Source: Candidatus Kapaibacterium sp. (lineage in GTDB: Bacteria > Bacteroidota > Ignavibacteria > Kapaibacteriales > Kapaibacteriaceae). From it: a stretch of 64,000 nucleotides of DNA. The stretch lies in contig JALHPC010000001.1 in the NCBI GenBank assembly GCA_022842685.1, forward strand, positions 10,905-74,904, in the 5' to 3' direction. The notes under the pieces were generated by a model, which saw only the letters and a list, made by a program, of their open reading frames with translations, was not told the origin of the DNA and made no database searches. The first letter of the stretch is position 1, and the number at the start of each line of letters is the position of its first letter. Position numbers and translations under genes: made by a program. Below are positions 37,401 through 48,062 of the stretch, piece by piece.

Positions 37401-38045
37401 TTAGTCTTTTTGTTGTTGCTTGCCGATTACTTCGCCACGGCAGATCCATACCTTAATGCCAATAGACCCATAGATGGTCTCTGCGCGGCCTTGCGCATAG
37501 TCGATGTCGGCACGCAGCGTATGGAGTGGCACACGGCCTTCCTTATACTGCTCTGTGCGACTCATGTCTGCGCCGCCCAAACGTCCCGAACACATTACAC
37601 GAACGCCTTCTGCACCAACACGCATGGTTCCGCTGACGGCATTCTTCATTGCACGACGGAACGAAATCCGGCCCTCAAGCTGGGCTGCAATGTTGTCGGC
37701 TACCAACTGCGCATCAAGCTCTGGGCGCTTGATCTCGCTGATGAGAATCTTCACATCTTTCGATGTCAGCTTCCGAAGTTCTTCTTCAAGCTGCGTGATG
37801 TCCTTACCTGAACGGCCAATAATCACTCCAGGGCGCGAGGTATTTATCGTGATGCGCAACTGCTTTGCAGTACGTTCGACGATTACACGCGACACGCCGG
37901 CCTTCTTCAGTCGGTTCTTGATGTAATTACGTACCATCAAGTCTTCTTGAAGTTTTTCTGCGACGTTCCTCTCGTCAAACCAGTTGGCTTCCCACTGGCG
38001 GATGATTCCGAGACGTAGTCCTATCGGGTTGGTTTTCTGACCCAA
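37401..38045 (-). CDS. rpsC: 30S ribosomal protein S3
   Basis: (TTG)GQKTNPIGLRLGIIRQWEANWF..., 214 aa. TTG start at 38045 with CAGGAG upstream; no in-frame ATG between it and the rplV stop. Confidence 0.95.
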   Translation of the reverse strand: MGQKTNPIGLRLGIIRQWEANWFDERNVAEKLQEDLMVRNYIKNRLKKAGVSRVIVERTAKQLRITINTSRPGVIIGRSGKDITQLEEELRKLTSKDVKILISEIKRPELDAQLVADNIAAQLEGRISFRRAMKNAVSGTMRVGAEGVRVMCSGRLGGADMSRTEQYKEGRVPLHTLRADIDYAQGRAETIYGSIGIKVWICRGEVIGKQQQKD

Positions 38046-38063
38046 AGCTGGCTCCTGCTGAAA

Positions 38064-38402
38064 TTATTTCACCGAAACGATGATCGTGAGATGATGCGAA
38101 CGCTTACGAATGCGGTAGGCGCGGCCCATCGGAGCCGGCGAGATTCGCTTGAGCGTTGGTCCTTGGTCTACAAAGCATTCCTTGACGTAAATCGCCTCGG
38201 GATCTACACCAGCGTCCTTGCCCTGCAAGTTGCTGATTGCAGACTTCAGCGTCAGCTCTGCAGCTTTCGCTGCATCCTTGTCGCTGAACTTGAGGATGTT
38301 CAACGCCTGCTGTGCCGATTTTCCACGAATGAGATCCACTACGAGGCGCATCTTGCGCGGCGAGGACCGTGTGTATCGTTTAATTGCGCGTGCTTCCATC
38401 AT
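38064..38402 (-). CDS. rplV: 50S ribosomal protein L22
   Basis: MMEARAIKRYTRSSPRKMRLVVDLIRGKSAQQALNILKF..., 112 aa. Confidence 0.95.
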   Translation of the reverse strand: MMEARAIKRYTRSSPRKMRLVVDLIRGKSAQQALNILKFSDKDAAKAAELTLKSAISNLQGKDAGVDPEAIYVKECFVDQGPTLKRISPAPMGRAYRIRKRSHHLTIIVSVK

Positions 38403-38410
38403 GGCGTCCG

Positions 38411-38698
38411 TTACTTCTTACCTGATTTGAGATCTTTTCGGTTGCCTGCATGCCCGCGGTACGTCCGCGTCGGTGAAAATTCACCGAGCTTGTGGCCAAC
38501 CATATTTTCCGTCACGTAAACCGGTATGAACTTGTTTCCGTTGTGAACCGCAAAGGTGTGCCCAACGAAATCGGGAATGATCGTCGATGCCCGCGCCCAC
38601 GTCTTGATGACTGTCTTCTTCGACGTGGCGTTCATTGCTTCTACCTTTTTCAACAGCTTGTAGCTGACGAATGGCTCTTTTTTAAGAGAACGTGGCAT
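38411..38698 (-). CDS. rpsS: 30S ribosomal protein S19
   Basis: [23 protein letters not shown]...[29 protein letters not shown], 95 aa. Confidence 0.95.
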   Translation of the reverse strand: MPRSLKKEPFVSYKLLKKVEAMNATSKKTVIKTWARASTIIPDFVGHTFAVHNGNKFIPVYVTENMVGHKLGEFSPTRTYRGHAGNRKDLKSGKK

Positions 38699-38731
38699 TG
38701 TGCGTGGTCCTTCGTTTCCTAGCTCGTGCTG

Positions 38732-39565
38732 TTACTTGCGTTTGCGAATAATCGAGGCCGATGAGGCCTTTTTCTTGTTCCGTGTCTTGAGTCCCTTTGC
38801 CAGCTGACCCCACGGCGATCGTAGATGCTGACGTCCACCACCCGACTTCGAGCGGCCTTCACCACCACCGTTAGGGTGGTCGATCGGATTCATCGCCATA
38901 CCACGTGTCTGCGGACGAATACCAAACCAACGCATACGGCCAGCTTTGCCATACTGAAGGTTCTCATGCTGAGGATTGCTTACAATCCCTAGCGTCGCCA
39001 TGCAGTCTGCAGGTACACTGCGAATTTCACCCGAAGGGAGCTTCAATTGTGCCTTGCCTGAGTCGATGCCAACAAGCTGTGCCGACGTTCCCGCCGCACG
39101 TGCCATCTGGCCACCCTTTCCGGGCTTCATTTCGATGTTATGAACAAACATACCAACAGGTATCTTGCGAAGGGGCAGCGCATTTCCGTCGCGGAACTCG
39201 CAGTTCTCGCCACTCATAAGTACGTCGCCAACCTTTACCTTATCTGGCGCTAAGATGTAACGCTTCTCACCATCGGCATACTCAACCAAGGCAATACGGC
39301 ATGTGCGGTTTGGATCATACTCAATCGTACGAACCGTTGCTGCTACACCATGCTTGTTGCGCTTGAAGTCGATAATCCGATACGTACGCTTATGCCCACC
39401 ACCACGATGTCGTGATGTGATGCGACCAGTGTTGTTTCGTCCGCCCGACTTCTTAAGGGGCGCCGTCAAACTCTTTTCAGGACGATCAGTGGTGATTTCG
39501 TCGAACGTGTTGACGGAGTAAAAACGGGTGCCCGGCGTAATGGGCTTCAGTACTCTAATGCTCAT
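38732..39565 (-). CDS. rplB: 50S ribosomal protein L2
   Basis: ATG 39565: [26 protein letters not shown]...[15 protein letters not shown]...HPNGGGEGR. Confidence 0.95.
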   Translation of the reverse strand: MSIRVLKPITPGTRFYSVNTFDEITTDRPEKSLTAPLKKSGGRNNTGRITSRHRGGGHKRTYRIIDFKRNKHGVAATVRTIEYDPNRTCRIALVEYADGEKRYILAPDKVKVGDVLMSGENCEFRDGNALPLRKIPVGMFVHNIEMKPGKGGQMARAAGTSAQLVGIDSGKAQLKLPSGEIRSVPADCMATLGIVSNPQHENLQYGKAGRMRWFGIRPQTRGMAMNPIDHPNGGGEGRSKSGGGRQHLRSPWGQLAKGLKTRNKKKASSASIIRKRK

Positions 39566-39569
39566 GGTC

Positions 39570-39875
39570 TTACTCCTCGTTTCCACCTTCGCCAGAAACG
39601 ATGTCAATCGTCTGTCCCGGCTTCAACGTGATGTATGCCTTCTTACGAAGATTGGTTTTTCCAACCATCAAGCCACGGCGTGTAAAGCGCTGCTTTACCT
39701 TGCCCTTAATGCGAACAGTACGAACGCTTGCAACGTCGACATCGAACATTTGCTTGATGGCCGCCTTGATTTGAACCTTGTTTGCCGAAGGCTCGACTTC
39801 GAAGACGTATTGCCCCTGGTTGCCAACCTTTGTGGCCTTTTCGGTAATTACCGGTTTACGTAGGACCGTTATCAT
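39570..39875 (-). CDS. rplW: 50S ribosomal protein L23
   Basis: [27 protein letters not shown]..., 101 aa. ATG overlaps the rplD TGA (ATGA). Confidence 0.95.
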   Translation of the reverse strand: MITVLRKPVITEKATKVGNQGQYVFEVEPSANKVQIKAAIKQMFDVDVASVRTVRIKGKVKQRFTRRGLMVGKTNLRKKAYITLKPGQTIDIVSGEGGNEE

Positions 39876-40516
39876 GCGGCGCCCCCTTCCGAATCACCAA
39901 ACGAACGTTCGATGGTTCCAATTGCACTTTTGAAAATTAGTAGCTTGCCGTGATTCAACACGTCGTACGCGCTAATCTTGTCGGCCGGAAAGGTCGTTAC
40001 ACCAGGGATATTCTTTGCTGAGCGAACAATCGACTCGTCGACGTTGGGCAGCAGAACAAGAACCTTCGAGCCGTCTAGTTGCAGACTCTTCAGTACCGAT
40101 GCAAATTCCTTCGTCTTGGCTTGCTGGAGTGCAAAGTCCTCGACAACAACGACGTTGTTTTCGCGAGCACGAATTGCAAGGGCAGACTTACGGGCAAGTC
40201 GACGAACCTTGATAGGAAGATCGACACGATACAAGTGAGGCACTGGTCCGTGAATTGTTCCACCACCAGGCATCAGTGGAGAACGGCTTGAGCCACGACG
40301 TGCTCCGCCTGTTCCCTTTTGCTTGAACGGCTTCTTACCGCCGCCACGCACTTCCGTGCGCGTCTTCGTTTTATGCGTGCCCTGGCGGCGGTGCGCCAAG
40401 TACGCACGGACTGCCAAGTACATGGCGTGCTCATTCGGCTCAATGCCGAAGACACTCGCCGGCAGCTCTACGCTGCCAGACTTGGCGCCGTCTTTCGTGA
40501 CTACATCTACGGTCAT
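39872..40516 (-). CDS. rplD: 50S ribosomal protein L4
   Basis: ...RQGTHKTKTRTEVRGGGKKPFKQKGTGGARRGSSRSPLMPGGGTIHGP..., 214 aa. Confidence 0.95.
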   Translation of the reverse strand: MTVDVVTKDGAKSGSVELPASVFGIEPNEHAMYLAVRAYLAHRRQGTHKTKTRTEVRGGGKKPFKQKGTGGARRGSSRSPLMPGGGTIHGPVPHLYRVDLPIKVRRLARKSALAIRARENNVVVVEDFALQQAKTKEFASVLKSLQLDGSKVLVLLPNVDESIVRSAKNIPGVTTFPADKISAYDVLNHGKLLIFKSAIGTIERSFGDSEGGAA

Positions 40517-40525
40517 GGTCGTGTC

Positions 40526-41146
40526 TTACAACTTGATGATTTCTACCAGTCCGTTAATCGGGCCCGGAATACTTCCACGCACCATCAACAGGTTCTGGTC
40601 GGGAATCACGCGTACTACTGAGATATTGCGGACGGTAACGCGCGTACCACCCATCCGACCTGCCATGCGCATACCCTTAAAGACGCGCGATGGATAGGAG
40701 GACGAACCGATCGAACCGGGAGCGCGAGGGCGGTCACTTTGACCGTGCGTCGTCATGCCAACACCACCGAAGTGGTGGCGGCGCACAACGCCCTGAAAGC
40801 CCTTGCCCTTACTAGTCGACGTTACGCGCAGCTTATCGCCGGCAGCAAAACTGTCAACCGTTACGATGTCGCCCAAGAAGACCTTGTTCGCCAAATGACG
40901 AAACTCCTTGAGGTGACGCACCGGTGCAACGCCAGCTTTTGCAAGATGGCCGGCCTTGGGCTGGTTGAGCTTGCGCTCAGCAATAGCCTCGTAGCCTAAC
41001 TGCACGGCTTCGTAACCGTCGTTCTCCTTCGTTTTTACCTGTACGACGGGACACGGACCGGCTTCAATCACCGTGACAGGCACAAATTGCCCATCTTCGG
41101 TAAAGATGCTCGTCATTCCGAGTTTCCGTCCAAGAATTGCACTCAT
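40526..41146 (-). CDS. rplC: 50S ribosomal protein L3
   Basis: MSAILGRKLGMTSIFTEDGQFVPVTVIEAGPCPVVQVKT..., 206 aa. Confidence 0.95.
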   Translation of the reverse strand: MSAILGRKLGMTSIFTEDGQFVPVTVIEAGPCPVVQVKTKENDGYEAVQLGYEAIAERKLNQPKAGHLAKAGVAPVRHLKEFRHLANKVFLGDIVTVDSFAAGDKLRVTSTSKGKGFQGVVRRHHFGGVGMTTHGQSDRPRAPGSIGSSSYPSRVFKGMRMAGRMGGTRVTVRNISVVRVIPDQNLLMVRGSIPGPINGLVEIIKL

Positions 41147-41161
41147 GGCCTGTTTCCTGGT

Positions 41162-41470
41162 TTAGACTTTTACCTCGACATCAACACCGGCAGGAAGTTC
41201 GAGGCGCATCAGCGCGTCGATCGTCTTCTGCGTACTGCTGAATATGTCGATTAAACGCTTGTGGACGCGAGCTTCAAACTGCTCTCGCGACTTCTTGTCG
41301 ACGTGCGGCGAGCGCAGCACGGTGTAGACGGACTTTTCCGTTGGCAAAGGGATAGGGCCAGAAACGACGGCTCCCGTTTGCTTGACGGTTCGAACAATGC
41401 GCTCCGCTGAGCGGTCGATCAGATTGTGATCGTATGAGCGAAGCTTGATACGAATGCGTTGCGTTGCCAC
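41162..41470 (-). CDS. rpsJ: 30S ribosomal protein S10
   Basis: (GTG)[29 protein letters not shown]..., 102 aa; GGAG 9 nt upstream. Confidence 0.95.
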   Translation of the reverse strand: MATQRIRIKLRSYDHNLIDRSAERIVRTVKQTGAVVSGPIPLPTEKSVYTVLRSPHVDKKSREQFEARVHKRLIDIFSSTQKTIDALMRLELPAGVDVEVKV

Positions 41471-41501
41471 TCGGCGATACTCCAGTTAGCGTTCTCTGTT
41501 T

Positions 41502-41536
41502 CGGAGAAAGAAAGAGGGAAGGCGAGCCTTCCCTCT
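41502..41536 (-). terminator. Terminator/attenuator hairpin between tuf and rpsJ
   Basis: Perfect 10-bp GC-rich stem AGAGGGAAGG-CTCG-CCTTCCCTCT (41513-41536), followed on the minus strand by TTCTTTCTCC. It ends 31 nt before the rpsJ GTG. Confidence 0.6.
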
Positions 41537-41558
41537 GTGATTCATCGTTTATTACGTT

Positions 41559-42767
41559 TTAGTCGAGGATTGCAGTCACTACGCCTGCACCTACGGTACG
41601 ACCGCCTTCGCGAATAGCGAAACGCAAGCCTTCTTCCATAGCAACCGGTGTGATGAGTTCAACCTCAAGGTTGTCGACGTTGTCACCAGGCATGATCATC
41701 TCAACGCCCGAAGGTAGGTTGAGGACGCCCGTTACGTCGGTCGTGCGGAAGTAGAACTGAGGACGGTAGCCATTGAAGAACGGCGTGTGGCGTCCACCTT
41801 CGTCTTTGTTCAACACGTATGCCTGAGCACGGAACTTGTGGTGCGGCTTAATCGAGCCAGTCTTGGCGATAACCATGCCACGCTCAAGTTCTTCCTTGTC
41901 GACACCACGAAGGAGCAAACCAACGTTGTCGCCTGCTTGGCCTTCGTCGAGCAACTTGCGGAACATTTCGATACCGGTAACGGTGGACTTCTTGTGAAGA
42001 CCAAAGCCAACGATTTCAACTTCTTCGTTAACCTTCACGATACCACGCTCGATACGACCTGTACCTACTGTTCCACGACCAGTGATCGAGAACACGTCTT
42101 CAACAGGCATAAGGAATGGCTTATCTACGTCACGAACAGGTGTCGGAATGTACGAGTCAACAGCATTCATCAATTCGTAGATGCACTGCAAGTCTGCATT
42201 GTCTGCTGTTGCACTTGGATCCGAAGCGGCGTCAAGCGCCTTCAATGCGGAACCCTTGACGATCGGAATGTCGTCACCTGGGAATTCATACTTCGACAGA
42301 AGTTCACGAACTTCTAGCTCAACAAGGTCGACCAACTCTGGGTCGGCAATGTCAATCTTGTTCATGAACACCACGATACGTGGTACACCAACCTGACGTG
42401 CAAGCAGGATGTGCTCACGCGTTTGTGGCATTGGGCCGTCTGTTGCGGCTACTACGAGGATGGCGCCGTCCATCTGAGCGGCACCAGTAATCATGTTCTT
42501 TACGTAGTCAGCGTGACCTGGGCAGTCAACGTGGGCGTAGTGACGGTTCTCCGTCTCGTACTCAACGTGAGCGGTTGCAATTGTGATACCACGTGCCTTT
42601 TCTTCAGGGGCGTTGTCGATCGAATCGAATGAACGCTTTTCTGCAAAGCCCTTTACGGCCAGCGACATGGTGATGGCTGCCGTCAGTGTGGTCTTGCCAT
42701 GGTCAACGTGACCGATCGTGCCCACATTGACGTGCGGTTTATTCCGCGAAAATTTTTCCTTTGCCAT
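41559..42767 (-). CDS. tuf: Elongation factor Tu
   Basis: [33 protein letters not shown]...[26 protein letters not shown]..., 402 aa. Confidence 0.97.
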   Translation of the reverse strand: MAKEKFSRNKPHVNVGTIGHVDHGKTTLTAAITMSLAVKGFAEKRSFDSIDNAPEEKARGITIATAHVEYETENRHYAHVDCPGHADYVKNMITGAAQMDGAILVVAATDGPMPQTREHILLARQVGVPRIVVFMNKIDIADPELVDLVELEVRELLSKYEFPGDDIPIVKGSALKALDAASDPSATADNADLQCIYELMNAVDSYIPTPVRDVDKPFLMPVEDVFSITGRGTVGTGRIERGIVKVNEEVEIVGFGLHKKSTVTGIEMFRKLLDEGQAGDNVGLLLRGVDKEELERGMVIAKTGSIKPHHKFRAQAYVLNKDEGGRHTPFFNGYRPQFYFRTTDVTGVLNLPSGVEMIMPGDNVDNLEVELITPVAMEEGLRFAIREGGRTVGAGVVTAILD

Positions 42768-42860
42768 CGTTGAGACTCCTCAGGAATCGTGTTAATTGAT
42801 ACTGTTGTTTGGTTTCAATTCAGAACGGTACAAAGCGTACGACCGTTTTGGGATAGATTT

Positions 42861-42892
42861 CAAAGTTACGGAAAGTTCTTGACATGACAAAA
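42861..42892 (-). promoter_or_regulatory. Candidate tuf promoter (TTTG-N19-TAACTTTG)
   Basis: Minus strand: TTTTG (42892..42888), 19 nt, TAACTTTG (42868..42861), about 93 nt upstream of the tuf ATG in the 204-bp fusA-tuf spacer. Confidence 0.5.
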
Positions 42893-42971
42893 CGCAACAA
42901 CGCCGTCACCCCCTCGCCACATCAAAAAAGTTGTGGAGAGCGGCACGGCACGCCGGCATGAACAGCAGCCC

Positions 42972-45020
42972 CTAACGTCGGCCGACGGCGGGTTCGTAAT
43001 GGCTAAAGACCATGGTGTACGAACCTCGTCCCTGCGTTAGAGAGCGCAACTGCGTCACGTAGCCGAATAGCTGCGAAAGCGGCACTGCCGCCGTCACAAC
43101 CTGAAGGATGTCTCGGGTTGCGATACCCTCGATCCTTCCGTACCGCGAGCTGAGGTCAGCTATGACCTCGCCAACGTACTCCTCGGGCGTTACGACCTCG
43201 ACGCGAAAAATAGGCTCCATGATGACAGGGCTTGCCTGCCGCACAGCGTCCTTCGTCGCTATCGAGGCGGCGATGGCATAAGCCATCTCCGTTGCGTCTT
43301 CCTCGTTGTACTCCGCTTCCCTCAGGACGGCCATGACATCGATCATGGGGTATCCTGCTAGCGGTCCTACATTCAAAGCTTCACGAGCACCCTGCTCGAT
43401 CGACGCGAGATACTGCGAAGGCAAAGCCCCACTGTAATTCTTCACGTCAACCTGCAACCCAGATCCACGTTCGCCTGGCATCACTTCGATGACGACCTTG
43501 GCAAACTGGCTCTTTGCGCCAGCACTTCGAACAAACTCGCCGTGGTGCTGAGCCGATGCCGAAACGGTCTCGCGATATGCTACCTGCGGCTTACCAACCT
43601 TGACGGGAACGTTGAATTCCCGCTTGAGTCGGTCGACCAAGATTTCAAGGTGGAGTTCACCAACACCTGAAATAATGGTCTGCCCAGATTCCGTATCGAT
43701 ATGGAACCGAAACGTCGGATCTTCTTCGGAGAGCCGATGTAAGGATTCCGCCAGTTTGTCCTGGTCGGCAAGCGTTTTCGCTTCGATACTTTGATTAATT
43801 ACTGGGGCTGCAAATTGAATGGGTTCAAGTAGAATGGGGGCCTTGGCGTCGCACAGGGTGTCGCCCGTACGCGTAAACCGCATGGCTGGAATCGCAACAA
43901 TGTCTCCAGCATATGCCGCCTCTATCTCCTCGCGACGATTAGCGTGCATCCGCAGAATCTTACCGGCACGCTCCTTCTTGTCGTTCGTCACGTTCGTTAT
44001 CTGCTCGCCAGCCTTGAGCGTTCCCGAATACACTCGAAGAAACGTCAAGCGCCCTACAAATGGATCGGACAAAATTTTGAATGCAAGTGCTGCGAATGGC
44101 TGGTCATCGTCCGGTGCCCGCGTTATGTCTCGATCAGGCTGCTTGACGTCAAAGCCGTGCACATGTCCAACATCGCGCGGCGATGGTAGGTAGGCCACCA
44201 CGGCATCGAGCAACTGTTGAACACCTTTGTTTTTGAAGCTCGAGCCACAAAGGACTGGTGTAAACTTCAGATGAATGGTGCCAGAACGAATTCCAGTGCG
44301 CAACTCTTCGGGACTAATCGAGTCGCCCGTGAGATATCGCTCAAGAAGTGCGTCGTCGGTCTCAGCTACTGCTTCCACAAGTGCCATGCGCATCTTCGCT
44401 GCGTACTCGACAGCGTCTTCGGGAATCGCTACGACGTCGAACGAAAGGCCATCATCACTTGTGTACAAGTAGCAGACTTCGTCCACGAGGTCGATTACAC
44501 CTCGAAAGGTGTCTTCCGCTCCGTACGGCACTTGGAGCGCCACTGGCCGGGCACCTAATCGGTCTCGCATCATTGCCAACACTCTGTCGAAGTTGGCACC
44601 AACACGATCCATCTTGTTCACGAAGGCAATTCGCGGAACATGATACTGGCTGGCCTGATGCCACACCGTTTCACTCTGGGGCTCTACACCTGCAACGGCA
44701 CAGTATAGTGCAATTGCTCCGTCGAGAACCCTTAGCGATCGCTGTACTTCGGCTGTAAAGTCTACGTGGCCCGGAGTGTCGATGATGTTAATCGTCGTGT
44801 CTCGCCACGTACACGTCGTTGCCGCCGATGTAATAGTGATTCCACGCTCTTTCTCTTGGTCCATGTAGTCCATGAAGGCCGTGCCCTCGTGAACCTCGCC
44901 CATCCGGTGCAATACACCGGTATAGAACAAAATGCGCTCCGTTGTTGTCGTCTTCCCAGCATCGATATGCGCCATGATTCCGATGTTTCGAACGTGCTCG
45001 ATAGCTACGGATCTAGGCAT
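42972..45020 (-). CDS. fusA: Elongation factor G (str-operon copy)
   Basis: 682 aa; [63 protein letters not shown] resembles canonical bacterial EF-G. Positioned after rpsG. Confidence 0.95.
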   Translation of the reverse strand: MPRSVAIEHVRNIGIMAHIDAGKTTTTERILFYTGVLHRMGEVHEGTAFMDYMDQEKERGITITSAATTCTWRDTTINIIDTPGHVDFTAEVQRSLRVLDGAIALYCAVAGVEPQSETVWHQASQYHVPRIAFVNKMDRVGANFDRVLAMMRDRLGARPVALQVPYGAEDTFRGVIDLVDEVCYLYTSDDGLSFDVVAIPEDAVEYAAKMRMALVEAVAETDDALLERYLTGDSISPEELRTGIRSGTIHLKFTPVLCGSSFKNKGVQQLLDAVVAYLPSPRDVGHVHGFDVKQPDRDITRAPDDDQPFAALAFKILSDPFVGRLTFLRVYSGTLKAGEQITNVTNDKKERAGKILRMHANRREEIEAAYAGDIVAIPAMRFTRTGDTLCDAKAPILLEPIQFAAPVINQSIEAKTLADQDKLAESLHRLSEEDPTFRFHIDTESGQTIISGVGELHLEILVDRLKREFNVPVKVGKPQVAYRETVSASAQHHGEFVRSAGAKSQFAKVVIEVMPGERGSGLQVDVKNYSGALPSQYLASIEQGAREALNVGPLAGYPMIDVMAVLREAEYNEEDATEMAYAIAASIATKDAVRQASPVIMEPIFRVEVVTPEEYVGEVIADLSSRYGRIEGIATRDILQVVTAAVPLSQLFGYVTQLRSLTQGRGSYTMVFSHYEPAVGRR

Positions 45021-45094
45021 GAGGATGCAGGGTGCGTCTCGGAGGGGGGTTACAAAGAAAAGGGTACTACGTCAAAGAACAAGCGCCCTTCCGC

Positions 45095-45562
45095 TTACCA
45101 GCGGAAGTGCGCAAATGCACGGTTGGCATCGGCCATACGGTGCATTTCATCGCGACGCTTGATGGCACCGCCTTCGCCATTAGCCGCTGCCAGTAGCTCG
45201 GCGGCAAGCTTCGACGCCATCGTGCGCTCACGGCGCTCACTCGCAAACTTCTTAATCCAGCGGATAGCCAATGCTACACGACGCTCTTCACGCACCTCCA
45301 TTGGGACCTGATACGTTGCACCACCAACACGGCGTGGACGAATCTCCACCGCAGGAGCAGCATTTTCAATGGCCTTGCGGAATACGTCAATCGGATCCTG
45401 TTGCGTCTTGGCAGCAATCTGATCCATTGCACCATACACAATCGAACGTGCAGTTGCCTTAGCACCACGCTCCATGACGTTATTCACAAACTTCGCCACG
45501 ATGACGTCGTTGAATCGTGGATCCGGTGTTACCCGGCGCTTCTCGGCTCGCTTTTTACGCAT
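45095..45562 (-). CDS. rpsG: 30S ribosomal protein S7
   Basis: MRKKRAEKRRVTPDPRFNDVIVAKFVNNVMERGAKATA..., 155 aa. Confidence 0.95.
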   Translation of the reverse strand: MRKKRAEKRRVTPDPRFNDVIVAKFVNNVMERGAKATARSIVYGAMDQIAAKTQQDPIDVFRKAIENAAPAVEIRPRRVGGATYQVPMEVREERRVALAIRWIKKFASERRERTMASKLAAELLAAANGEGGAIKRRDEMHRMADANRAFAHFRW

Positions 45563-45586
45563 TGCTGTTCTTTCTTATTCAGATTC

Positions 45587-45988
45587 TTACTTCTTACCAC
45601 CAGCCGCAGGTGCACCCGGCTTCGGACGCTTGGCACCGTACTTCGAACGGCCCTGACGACGATTGTTTACACCCTGCGTGTCGGCCGCACCACGTACGAT
45701 GTGGTAGCGAACACCAGGCAAGTCCTTCACACGGCCACCACGAATCAATACAATCGAGTGCTCCTGCAAGTTGTGACCCTCGCCAGGGATGTAGGCCGTT
45801 ACCTCGATCTGGTTGGTTAGACGCACACGGGCAACCTTACGCAATGCCGAGTTCGGCTTCTTTGGCGTTGTTGTATACACACGCGTACATACACCACGCT
45901 TCTGAGGACATGCCTCAAGCGCCGGCGACTTACTCTTTACCGTGATGGCCGTACGGCCCTTGCGGACAAGTTGACTGATGGTTGGCAC
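45587..45988 (-). CDS. rpsL: 30S ribosomal protein S12
   Basis: GTG 45988: (M)[54 protein letters not shown]... The track ORF extends upstream with no in-frame ATG. Confidence 0.95.
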   Translation of the reverse strand: MPTISQLVRKGRTAITVKSKSPALEACPQKRGVCTRVYTTTPKKPNSALRKVARVRLTNQIEVTAYIPGEGHNLQEHSIVLIRGGRVKDLPGVRYHIVRGAADTQGVNNRRQGRSKYGAKRPKPGAPAAGGKK

Positions 45989-46054
45989 GAATTGACTCCA
46001 GTACTCTCGCCGATGATGATCGGCAGTTTTCGACGTTGCTTCTTTTAGAGCCTG

Positions 46055-46086
46055 CAAATATAGGGGGTTGAGACACAAGTTCCAAA
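46055..46086 (-). promoter_or_regulatory. Candidate str-operon promoter (TTTG-N20-TATATTTG)
   Basis: Minus strand: TTTG (46086..46083), 20 nt, TATATTTG (46062..46055), 66 nt upstream of the rpsL GTG. Best consensus match in the window. Confidence 0.6.
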
Positions 46087-46182
46087 CTGTTGGATTGTAC
46101 CCGTTCCGCAAGCCCACTTTCCCACCCTGATAAGGGGCTCCGAGTTGATTTCGATGCCCCCTTCAGGACCATACGATGGATA

Positions 46183-47778
46183 CTAACGAACGACAGGAAC
46201 GCTGAGCGAACGAGATTGGCCGTTTTGATAGAGAACAACAATGCGATAGATGCCAGATGGCAGCCCACCTGCCGACCACCGAACAGTTGGACTGCCACTG
46301 TCGATGATGTCCATAACCTGCACACCTTGTGCGTTGTACATCACAACCCGCACGATGTCCCAGCCATTACGACTACGTAGCGTGACGTCGCCTGCCATAG
46401 GCAAGGGCAATACTTCCACTATCGACGGCTCATCAATCTCGACACTCGTTCCTTGATCTCGCTGCGATCCTCGCAACACCCTTCGAGCCGCAGAAATGGG
46501 CTCGTTGGTTTCCGGCACCTGCCAGTGCACGCGCAACGGCGATGCATGCGCGCCTGTGCCCGTAGGTCGAAAGCGGACGCGAACCTTGAGATACTCCCAA
46601 CCATGTAGGTCGGCTGGCAGAGCCGGCGATGTTTCGACGACTTCAAACGCTCCCTCGACGTCCTCTATAGAGTCAACTCGAAGCCCCATGTCGTAGATGT
46701 GATGAAAGACAAGCAGGGTGTCGCGCTCCTCACCCGGCAACACATCACCGAAGTTAACGACGTGGACGTCTCCGCCTTCGCCACTAGAACCGAGTAGCGG
46801 AACAATGACGTTGCGACCGTCGACAATGCACTGCAGGTGCGCTCCGTATGAGCCGCGTTGAAATGGCACGAACCGCAGCACTGCGTCGAAGGACTGCTGC
46901 GGCTGCAGCGTCACTGGCAATGCAGCATGATCCACGAGTGCAAAGTGATATGCATGAGGCCCAACGATGCGAACGTCCGTTATGCTTAACGGCTTCGAAC
47001 CACTGTTATGTAGCAACCCGACAATCGACGTATCGCGCACCTCGTAACCGTCCACATTGCCAAACTGTACTGGACCATGGAGTTCTATCCCGGCTGGGAG
47101 ATCATCTTGCATAGCAACGGTTGTCACCCAGATAGAAGGGTCAATGTCGGATACAGTGTTTAGGTCGATTACAGCATTGGCAACACCTGCCGACGTCGGC
47201 CGAAACCGAAGCCGAATGTCAATCGCCTCTCCTGGCTGCACAACACCGGGGCCGACCGCAGACATGAGAACCACGTCTCCCCCGCCGCCGAACACCCTAG
47301 CGCTAGTAATGGTAACTGGGGCCGTCCCCACATTTCGGAACGCCTCACGGAGCAACGTGTCTCGTTGCTCGCCAACGGTAGTCATTGGAATTGCGATGTG
47401 CGACTCGTTAGCAACGAGAATCCCCTCCGATCGAAGCGAAACCGTGCAGCGCTGGACATGCGCACCGCATTCGTTCTTCATTACGAGTTCATATACACCG
47501 GCATCGGACCTACGCAGGCGCATGATTGCAAACATGGGCTCGCCTTCGCCCTCTAGAAGCCGGCCGTCCTTGTACCAGGAGTAAAGAACACCGTCGGTGC
47601 TCGCAACCGATTGCAACGTGAGCGACGCCCCAACGGGGCGCGACACCGATGCTGGAAGAGGCCGCAGCGGCTGCGGCACGGCGCAGCCCCCTGTATCGAC
47701 AACGCTGAATTCCGACGCGCGAGAACGTCCAGCAAGGAGCCAAAAAATGAGAACCAAAAGTATGATAAAACGCGGCAT
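46183..47778 (-). CDS. Secreted Ig-like/ASH-type multi-beta-sandwich protein with C-terminal sorting domain
   Basis: 531 aa; signal peptide MPRFIILLVLIFWLLAGRSRA. N-terminal I-set-like module (LYSWYKDGRLLEGEGE...DAGVYELVMKNECG). Repeated ~100-aa modules with NxG...PLxI motifs. Tail ...VRVVMYNAQGVQV...LPSGIYRIVVLYQNG is T9SS-CTD-like. Confidence 0.65.
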   Translation of the reverse strand: MPRFIILLVLIFWLLAGRSRASEFSVVDTGGCAVPQPLRPLPASVSRPVGASLTLQSVASTDGVLYSWYKDGRLLEGEGEPMFAIMRLRRSDAGVYELVMKNECGAHVQRCTVSLRSEGILVANESHIAIPMTTVGEQRDTLLREAFRNVGTAPVTITSARVFGGGGDVVLMSAVGPGVVQPGEAIDIRLRFRPTSAGVANAVIDLNTVSDIDPSIWVTTVAMQDDLPAGIELHGPVQFGNVDGYEVRDTSIVGLLHNSGSKPLSITDVRIVGPHAYHFALVDHAALPVTLQPQQSFDAVLRFVPFQRGSYGAHLQCIVDGRNVIVPLLGSSGEGGDVHVVNFGDVLPGEERDTLLVFHHIYDMGLRVDSIEDVEGAFEVVETSPALPADLHGWEYLKVRVRFRPTGTGAHASPLRVHWQVPETNEPISAARRVLRGSQRDQGTSVEIDEPSIVEVLPLPMAGDVTLRSRNGWDIVRVVMYNAQGVQVMDIIDSGSPTVRWSAGGLPSGIYRIVVLYQNGQSRSLSVPVVR

Positions 47779-48062
47779 GGCACTGTGTGAGATTGTGAGA
47801 AGTATGTTGTTGTCTTGTTGCGTTGTGCTCCATCAACGCAGTAGTCGATTGGACGTTAATGCCAACTTGGGCGATTCCTTCGATGTCGGTCGCATTGCCT
47901 CGACGGCGTACCAGCAGTACACGTTAAGCACGCACGAGGTGCCAATAGAGCTGCACCGCATAGAATACCCAGTAGTAACGAGCCGATCCATGCCTATGGC
48001 ATATCGTTAGCCCTTACGACCGATTTTTGCGTATTCCTTCCACCTCGAACATTCTCACGCCT

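Noticed and set aside
42768-42971. Checked the 204-bp fusA-tuf spacer for tRNA genes (common upstream of tuf) and for a small ORF
   Set aside because: There is no cloverleaf or T-loop (GTTCGAATC-like) sequence. The only small ORF (19 codons) overlaps the candidate promoter.
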